A DNA stretch of 64,000 nucleotides from a virus (lineage: Duplodnaviria > Caudoviricetes), in IMG/VR virus record IMGVR_UViG_3300007735_000777, positions 1,912 to 65,911 of that record, one strand, 5' to 3'. Position 1 is the first letter of the stretch, and each line of letters opens with the position of its first letter. Both the position numbers and the translations under genes were made by a program. Shown here in pieces: positions 9,455 to 18,100 of the stretch. Below the pieces are notes generated by a model. It made no database searches and was not told the DNA's origin. It worked only from the letters and a program-made list of their open reading frames with translations.

Positions 9455-9912
9455 GTTACATCATCACTTTGGAAAAATTCACTGACACGTACCGAGAACT
9501 CGAACCCTTGTACCGTCAGCACTACAAAGAGATGACCGACCGGTTAAATGCTGAAGGCTTTGAGTACTCGCCGTACAACCCAAGACTGGACGAATACGGT
9601 AAGGCTTGCGAAAATGGTAGTTTGCTGACTTTCGTGCTTCGGCTTGAAGGTGTTGCTTGCGGATACATCAATGTGTACATCACAAACGATATGCACAATC
9701 AAGACTTGATTGCACAAGAGGACACAATTTTTGTGGTCAAAGAGCACCGCAACGGAGTGGGCAAAAAACTTGTCCAGTTCGGCTTGGAAGAGTTAAAACG
9801 CCGTGGTGTAAAGCGGTTGCATGTGTCAGCAATGACTGACTTGAGGGTAGCAAAACTTTGGAGCCGAATGGGTTTCAAAGAAGCCGCTACTCAAATGATT
9901 TACAGATTTTGA
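9451..9912 (+). CDS. GNAT acyltransferase
   Basis: IFVVKEHRNGVGKKL acetyl-CoA motif A; KLWSRMGF motif B. Confidence 0.85.
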   Translation: MSYIITLEKFTDTYRELEPLYRQHYKEMTDRLNAEGFEYSPYNPRLDEYGKACENGSLLTFVLRLEGVACGYINVYITNDMHNQDLIAQEDTIFVVKEHRNGVGKKLVQFGLEELKRRGVKRLHVSAMTDLRVAKLWSRMGFKEAATQMIYRF

Positions 9913-9921
9913 GGTTTAACC

Positions 9922-12135
9922 ATGTGCCAATCATCCGCACCAGCACCATCTTCTAGTTCAACTTCGGTTGCAGAACTTCCCGAATGGGCTAAGCCATACG
10001 CTAAAGAGTCTTTGGCAAAAGCCGCTGCTTTAACCGACATAAATAAAAACCCATACCAAACTTATGGCGGGCAACGTGTTGCTGGCTTTCAGCCTTTACA
10101 GCAACAAGCGTTTAAAACTATAGGTGGTCTTGATGCTGGCCCTGATGCGTTTGCACAAGGTATTAACAGTTACATGTCGCCTTACATGCAGAATGTGGTG
10201 GACATTGAGAAGCGTGAAGCTGCTCGACAGTCGGGTATTGCTGGTACTCAGCAGCAGGCTCAGGCAACGCAGGCTGGTGCTTTTGGTGGCGGTCGGGATG
10301 CAATCATGCGAGCGGAGCGTGAACGCAACCTTGCCCAACAAATGGGCGATATTCAAGCCAAAGGATCGCAGGCAGCCTACGAGCAAGCTGCAAACCAATT
10401 TCGTCAGGGTATTACTCAGCAGTCCGGGCTTGCTCAACTTCAAGGTGTATTGGGTCAGCAGCAACAGCAGCAAGAGCAGCGCCCATTGGATGTTGCGTAT
10501 CAAGATTTCTTGAATCAAAAGAATTATCCGTACCAACAGTTGGGCTACATGTCCGACATTATTCGTGGGTTACCACTTGGGCAAAAATCAACACGCTCTA
10601 TATATGAAGGCGCTCCATCCCCAATACAAACTATTGGTGCGTTGGGTGCGGGTGCGTACGGCATACCAAAAGTATTTGGCGCTAAAGATGGTGGTTTGAT
10701 GCACTCTTACGCTATTGGGGGTGTAACAAACCCAATGGACAATTTGCCAAAAATGGCAAAAGAAGTTGCAAAACTCACAGACGAACAACTACAACAAATC
10801 ATCCAGCATCCAGCTAGTGCAGCGGAGTTGCAAGCCGCCAAAATGGAATTAGCTACCCGTGCTTCAGAACACCGAGGCTTAGCCAGTGCGTACAACGCTA
10901 TGCCACAACAAGAAGAACAAACAATGTATGCCGCAAATGGCGGGATTGTGGCATTTGCGGGTGATGGTGAAAGCCTCGTAACGGATGATGAAAACGAAGA
11001 TGGGGATCAGGTTGCTGGACTTAGCACCGACCAACTTATCTCTGGGAGTTATTCACCCGGTGACCAACAAAAATATGATCTATGGAACCAGCGATTAGCC
11101 GACGCATTTGAGCAGGTAAGCAACTATCGACCATCTGCGGCCATGACAGAAGATCAACGCCGAGCAGAAACGCTTAAAAATTATGAAGAAGTTAAGCAAA
11201 TGGCTGGCCCTTCCCCTTACAAAGCTCAATCTGAGCGTATATCGGGGCTGGAAGAACAACAGGCTGGTAACTTAGAACAACAAAAAGGATTGGCTGCGCT
11301 TGCTGCAATACCTGAAATACTCAAAGGAACCAGCGGAATTCGTGGTATTGCTGCGGGTACAGGAGCTTTTGCAAATCTATACGGGCAAGCTGTACAAGCT
11401 GATCGCGCCGAAAAACGTGCGCTCATGAGCATGAAAAACAACTTGGAGGAAGCGCAATACAAAATGCGGGTCGGTATGGTTGGTGATGCGCGTCAACTTA
11501 CTGCTGAAGCTCGTAGAGATAAGCAAGCCGCAGATGCTGCGAATATTGCGAAACAAAAAGCAATGGGTGTGTTGGCTGGGGAAGCCGCACGACTCAACAA
11601 ACCACAACGTCCCTTGGCGCAAAAAACTCCACCATCACCGAAAGTCAATGAACAGTTGGCTGCTGCGGAGATTGCAGCGCAAACAAACCCAACACCCGCA
11701 AATATGGCCAAGGTTGAAGCCCTGCGCCGTACGGTAGACCGAATCAGAACTTCTGATGTTGGCCCAACTAAAGCCGGTGCTGTTGAATCTCAACTTGGTA
11801 GTAAGGAAACATTGGCTGCCGCCTCTGCCGCCAAGAAAGCTGCTTTGCGTAATGAAGACTGGCAGAATGCTGCTACTCAAGCGGAAAAAGATGAGATTGA
11901 GCAACGTCTGTACGAAGCAGAGTTGGAAAAAATCCGCACCGGCAAACAAAAACTTGGCGAGAATAAACCTTCAGTGGCCAAGCCGACTCCAACAGAAAAA
12001 GCACCACCTTCGGCTGTACAACCATTACCCGCTAACCCGAAAGCCAGCGACTTAAAAGATGGAGTCGTATATAGTACGCCAAGGGGTAACGCCAAATGGA
12101 ATGCAAAGACACAAAAATTCACGCCTGTACCATAA
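9922..12135 (+). CDS. DNA ejection/pilot protein
   Basis: Starts MCQSS; ELPEWAKPY, YMSPYMQNV, AGAFGGGR; Q/A-rich helical body. Confidence 0.7.
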   Translation: MCQSSAPAPSSSSTSVAELPEWAKPYAKESLAKAAALTDINKNPYQTYGGQRVAGFQPLQQQAFKTIGGLDAGPDAFAQGINSYMSPYMQNVVDIEKREAARQSGIAGTQQQAQATQAGAFGGGRDAIMRAERERNLAQQMGDIQAKGSQAAYEQAANQFRQGITQQSGLAQLQGVLGQQQQQQEQRPLDVAYQDFLNQKNYPYQQLGYMSDIIRGLPLGQKSTRSIYEGAPSPIQTIGALGAGAYGIPKVFGAKDGGLMHSYAIGGVTNPMDNLPKMAKEVAKLTDEQLQQIIQHPASAAELQAAKMELATRASEHRGLASAYNAMPQQEEQTMYAANGGIVAFAGDGESLVTDDENEDGDQVAGLSTDQLISGSYSPGDQQKYDLWNQRLADAFEQVSNYRPSAAMTEDQRRAETLKNYEEVKQMAGPSPYKAQSERISGLEEQQAGNLEQQKGLAALAAIPEILKGTSGIRGIAAGTGAFANLYGQAVQADRAEKRALMSMKNNLEEAQYKMRVGMVGDARQLTAEARRDKQAADAANIAKQKAMGVLAGEAARLNKPQRPLAQKTPPSPKVNEQLAAAEIAAQTNPTPANMAKVEALRRTVDRIRTSDVGPTKAGAVESQLGSKETLAAASAAKKAALRNEDWQNAATQAEKDEIEQRLYEAELEKIRTGKQKLGENKPSVAKPTPTEKAPPSAVQPLPANPKASDLKDGVVYSTPRGNAKWNAKTQKFTPVP

Positions 12136-12144
12136 GGGGTCACT

Positions 12145-15100
12145 ATGGCTAAAGACTTTTCACTGGAAGAGGCGCTGACCCCACCGCTTCAAGAAGAGTT
12201 CGGGCTTTCCGATCTGTTCCCGCAAAAAACCCCTGCTGTTGCAAGTTCGCCATCAACGCCGGTTAAAGATAAACGGAACAATCTACCTCCTGAGTCTGGT
12301 GTTATGGGTGGCGAAGACGTTTGGGCACCTGTTGTTGAAGCGCAAAAGCCCGCTCCAAGCATCATGGAAGGACGGAAGATTCCTGAACTTCCAACCGAAG
12401 ACCGCGCTGTTGTAAACCCCAAGTTTGTGACTGCGGTTGAAGCGCAACTCAACGCATTACCCGCCGATCAGCGTCAAGCTGCACTCGACAAAATGACTCA
12501 ACGGCCTGATGTATATGGCCGTGCTGCTCGTGCTATTGCTGGTCGGTATGCGGCGATGGATAAATCGTTTGATCTTCCAACGGCGAGGAAGTTTGATCCC
12601 CGTCTTGAAGCTCAGACCGAGCGGTTTGCAGAACAAGGGCTAGAACGCCCAGAAGATTACGCCAAAGCCCAAGCATTGAGTGGGCAATTGATGCCTGATT
12701 TGCAGCAAATGACTGCTGATGTGGTGGGCGAGCAAGCCGACGTTGAAGCACAAAAACGTGCCAAAGAACTTGCCGATGCTGGATTCATGGGGCGTGTTGG
12801 TGCTGGAGTTAGGTCGCAATACACTAAAGCAGGGTTGGGATTACTTCAAGCCTACGCAGATTTAACAGGCGATGAACAATTCAGCAAAAATTTAAATAGC
12901 GCACGGCGTATTGAGGACGCTAGAGAAGGCGTTATACCCCAAGGTGAAAGCATATTTGAAAAGTCGTTCCAAGGGGCGATGACAAGTTTAGGCACACAAG
13001 CGCCATTTTTAATCGTAAGTGGATTGACTGGTACTTCCGTACCGGTGTTAACCCAAGCTGCAATTCAACAGTTTGGAGATTCATATTCTGAAGGCCGAGC
13101 CGCTGGTTTGTCTGGCTCAGCAGCAGCAGCCCGTGCTGTGCCAACAGCCGCAGCCGAAGTATTTTTTGAGCGTTTTGGTATGACCAAAGCTCTTGCCGGA
13201 CTGAAAGCCCATGTTGCCAAGTATGGCGTAGATAGCGTACCCAAGTATGTAGCGGAAGCGATTGCGCATGAACTGCCTTCCGAGTTGGCAACTACTGCTA
13301 CGCAATACGGAATTGACGCACTTCCTGAAATTGGGTTGAACAAAAACCCAAATCTGGTTGACCTGTACAAACAGCTTGAAGAAACTTTACGCCAAACAAT
13401 TTTGCAGTCGGGTGTAACCGCAGGCGCGACCATTGGAGTCACCAAAGGTATACAAAAAACTGCGCAGCTACTCGGCCCGCGCAAAGATGCGTATCAGCAA
13501 GACAAAAGCTACGAAGGGTTAGCTGAACTAATTGCTCGGTCAAAAGGGTTTTTAACTCCCGAAGAACGCCAGCAAAGACAACAAAAAGAAGAATTTGATT
13601 TAGGCGATCTTGGCGAAGTAAGTCCCAAAGCTCAACAAGAAGAAGAGTTTAGCTTGGACGATATTGGAGAGACACGCCCCGGTGTTGAGTTGACGGAAAC
13701 AACCCCAACCAAGGAAGCCGCTCTTGAAGCGCCAGCAAAGCCTGATCGTGAACAGCGTATCAATATATTGGCGACGCAAATTGTTGAAGAACAGGGTATC
13801 CCTGATGAAGACGCACGCCGTATTGCTACAACCCAAGTAATTGGGCAAGAGATTAAAGAGAAAGAAGCCGCCGCTGCTTTGGCTACAAAACCGCAAACGG
13901 ACAAAGTAAGAGAACGTGCGCAAGAGTTATTGTCAGAAGGTGTAACACTCAACCCTACTGAGGCTATAGATATAGCCACAAAAGAAATTCAAGAACAGGA
14001 AGAAGCGGATGCGCTTGCTGCAAGCGAAGCACAAGGAGAAACAAATGCTGGACAGATTGACACCACAACAAGTGGAGCAGGCATTTCAGTGGCTGGACAG
14101 CCCGGTACAAACGCCCCCACCGCAGGACTTGGAGTCGCTGACACAAGTGGAGTGGTTCCTGCTGGACAGAATGTTGCAGGGGCTACTAAACGAAAAAGAA
14201 CAAAACCGAGTGCAGTAGAAACATACAAAGTTGCCGAAAATAATTTAGACAAAGCTAGACAAGAATTAGATGCCGCTAAAAAAGAATTAGACGACGCTGG
14301 GTATAACGCTACCCCTGAAATGCAGGTACGTCTATCTAAAGCGGAAGAAAATTATCAAATAGCAGATCAACAAGCTAAAGAAGCTTTTGCCGCAACCCAA
14401 GGACAAGTCGCCCCTGCCAAACCTCGTGGCGCACCAGTCAGGCTAACCCCGGAACAAAGAAAACAAAAACTTGCTGAGAATGCACCGGTGCAAGCAGAAA
14501 AAGCTCGTGCTGAACGTGCCCTTGCTCGTATCAACAATACTCTTGATGCGGTGGCCAAACCATTAACTGAAAATGAGTTTGAGTCAGAGTCTGCGTACAA
14601 CGACGCAGTACAAGCAACAAGGGCTAAACGCCGCGACGCAATTAAAGAATTACTCATATTGAAAGGTAATCCCGCCCTGCGGGGAACCAAAGTTGGTGAA
14701 CGTATCAATGCTGCTTTGTCACGCCCTGATATTTCTGCAAAAGAAAAAGCTGAAATACAAGCTGGCATTGACGCAGTCAACAAAGCCAAATTGTCTGGCC
14801 CAACTGCGTCGGTTACTACCAAAGAACCAGCAGACGTCAGATACAACAAATTCACCACCGGCGTGCAAGCGGTGTCCCACATTGCTAAGACAGGCACAAA
14901 GTTTCAACAACGCTTGGCCAAACGCCTTCGCGGGTTTGTAACCAAGGTTCGGTTTGTGGTTCTTGAAGAAGGTCAAGAAGTACCTGAACAATTAAAGACA
15001 CCACGGAATGCCGCTGCATGGGATCGCTCAATTGCGCTTTACGTCGAAAACTACAAGACAGGTGACCAAGTCATATACGTCCGTGGGGCATCTTTTGGCG

Positions 15101-18100
15101 TCGATCAAGGTATAAACAACCTCACCATCTTGCACGAACTACTGCACGCAGCAACAAACCGCAAGATTGCTTTGGCCAAAGCGTTCATAGACAAGGGCAT
15201 CAATCTAAACAGCCCAGTCGTAAAAGCATTCCAAGACCTCATCCGCACAATGAATAGTGCTGGGCGTGCGTACGAAGAATTGGCCAGACAAAACAAGTTG
15301 CCCATGCACATGGTCAAACTGCGGTACGACGGCGACATCTTTTCTGACCCCCGCGAGTTTGTTGCCTACGGCATGACGGATGAGGTTATGCAAGACTTCC
15401 TCATGAAGGCTCAAGGTTACGAGGAAGAAGGATCTTATTTCAGCCGGTTTGTTAGAGACTTGCTCAACTTTTTTGGTTTGGGTGATGGCGACACAAATGC
15501 GTTGATAGATTTGGTTGTGGTCACCGACAGTATTCTAAAGAGCCGCCCACCAAAACTCAGGGGTAGAGGCGAACAAGTCAGTCGAACAAGCAAGGACACA
15601 ACCCCTGATGTGCAGGGGGAGACCATATCTGCCATGCCAAGTGTCAATCAGAAACGACTAAGCAAAATGCTTGGCACTAAACTGTATGGTTCACCTGAAA
15701 ATATTGGTGCGGTATCCATCAAAGAGTTGTTTCAAAATGGTTTTGACGCAATCAAAGAAGGAATGGAAAAAGGGCAGATTACAAAAGGTAAGGTTGACAT
15801 AAAGTTAGACGACAGCAACCGCACCATAAGCGTGGTTGATAACGGCCCCGGTATGCCGACCAGCGTGATGGGTAATCAGTTTTTGCAGATTGCGGGTACT
15901 GTCAAAGGTACTAAGCGTGCATCAGGCGGTCTTGGTGTTGCCAAGATGCTGTTCTTGTTTGAAAACAAAAAACTAGAAATTGTGTCTTTGCGCGATGGTG
16001 TGTTGTCACGTATGGTAACAACTGGGGATGATTTAAAAGAAGCGTTTGATGGTTCTGGGCCTGCTCCACAGATTACCACTTCATCCAATCCCGACACTGT
16101 CGAGCAATATAAATCCTTGTTTCCCGATGGTCACGGTACGGCTGTGGTTATCCAAGTACCAGAAACATATACGGATACATCTACTGGCGAAGAAAAGAAA
16201 ATTAAATTTGATGCGTACGATTTAGAAGATGTTCCAGTCTTAGAGTTCAGTCCTTTATTTGATGACATAGATGTAACGGTAACAAGAAATGGGCGTAAAA
16301 AAACTTTAAACCTTGGAAACAATTTTCCAATCCAAGACTACACTCCTTTTGCAAATGTAAATTTTGCTTGGGGCACTGCACGTATCTACGTAACAAAAGA
16401 AAAGGCAAGCCCCCCATACAAAGGCAATACACATATATTGTCAAATGGTTTGTGGCAATTTGATACCAACCTAAAAGATAGACCGGGTTGGGAAGGTAAG
16501 CAAATCCAGCGTACTTTCTACATTGATGTATCCCCTGCCCCTGATGTAAAACCAGAAGACGCTGCGTACCCGTTTGATTTAAACCGGCAAAATTTTTCAC
16601 AGCAAGCTGGGCAAGATTTCCAGAAAATCTTTAACTACATCACCGCCATATACGGCCAACTTGATTTAGCCGCAAGCGTAAAGAACTTTGGTACTGTTCA
16701 ATATGTGAACAGCGATGGTTCGTTGACTACCGCAGAAACATTGGAGCCTAACGCCCCAATGACAGACAACGCCTTTACGCTTATCAAACCCGGCGATGAA
16801 GTTGAAGTTAGAGATGGTGTGCTGTATGTCAATAACCGTGGACTTCCTGAGTTGTCTATTGACGACTTAAAAAATACTGCGCCACGTCTTGAAGAATTAA
16901 CCATACCGCAAGATCAAATTGACCCACAAAAGGTCATGGTTCATGACAACACCACATATGTAAGAGTTAGTTCAGACCCTGTAGATACGTTACTTGACTT
17001 TACACTTAGCCCAGAAGCAGGGGAAGAGTTTCTACTCAAATTTGATTCAAACAACAAAGTAATTGGGCTTGATGTTTTTAGCCTTGATAAAGATGGATAT
17101 AGAACTTTTGTAGAAAGAACATTAACGGGTGATGCTAAATCCCTTTTAAACCAATTAGAAAACCTTGGGTGGTTGCCTGAGTCAATGAAGAGTGGGGGCG
17201 AGTCTCTCTCAGACAAAGCACGTGCGCAGTTTGGTGACAAACGCTACGATAGATACTTGGCAACGATTGGAAAGACTTTCCAAACACTTCGTAATGCCTT
17301 GGTTGCTTCTGGGAATGAATACGGTTCTCTTGCCGAAGAAGCAATCGGCACAAGTATTGACAACGAATATTATGGTGTCAGCATCATAGTACCGTTCCGT
17401 GGTATGTTCATCAACCCCGCAACAACTGATTTGCGTGGTAGCCCGGCTGAGATTGCGCTGTCTATGATTGGCACAATGATTCATGAGTTGGCGCACTTTA
17501 GGGTACGCAGTCACGGTGCTGATTTTGCAAGCGAAATGCAGCGCGTAATGGTGCTGTTGAAGACTTCTCCAAACATCAACTTGGATTCACTGGAGAAAAA
17601 TTTAACCGCCCATATCAAAGCCAACCAAGATATTTTTGATTTTCTAAACAAGGAGTTCCGTGATGGAAATCTCAAGCCTCGTGGAAACCGCTTCAAAGAC
17701 TCTGGCGGGTACCAGCAAATCGAGAATGAAGGCTCTCCTAAGCCAATGGAAAGCACTGGCGGAACAGGAGACGAATGGCGACCCAGCTTATCCGCAAGCA
17801 CTGGGCAAGGCACTGGGGGTGCTGGAAAAGTCGGCATCGGTCAAGGACTTAATAACGAAGCTCAAGAAGTCGGAGATGCAGTAAGGACTCAGAAAGAAGT
17901 TGATGCGGCGGTCAAGGTTGCTGCCGAACAATTTGTTGAGTCCAAAAAAGGATACGACTTCTCCAAAGCCGTAACTGCGCTTCAGATGCTGCAACACCCA
18001 ACTGAGGTCATACCCGCGCTTAAAGCTCTTTGGAAACGCGCAACATTGGCGCAACGTAACGCTTTGGTCAAACTACCCACTACTGAATTCTTAGCCGACT

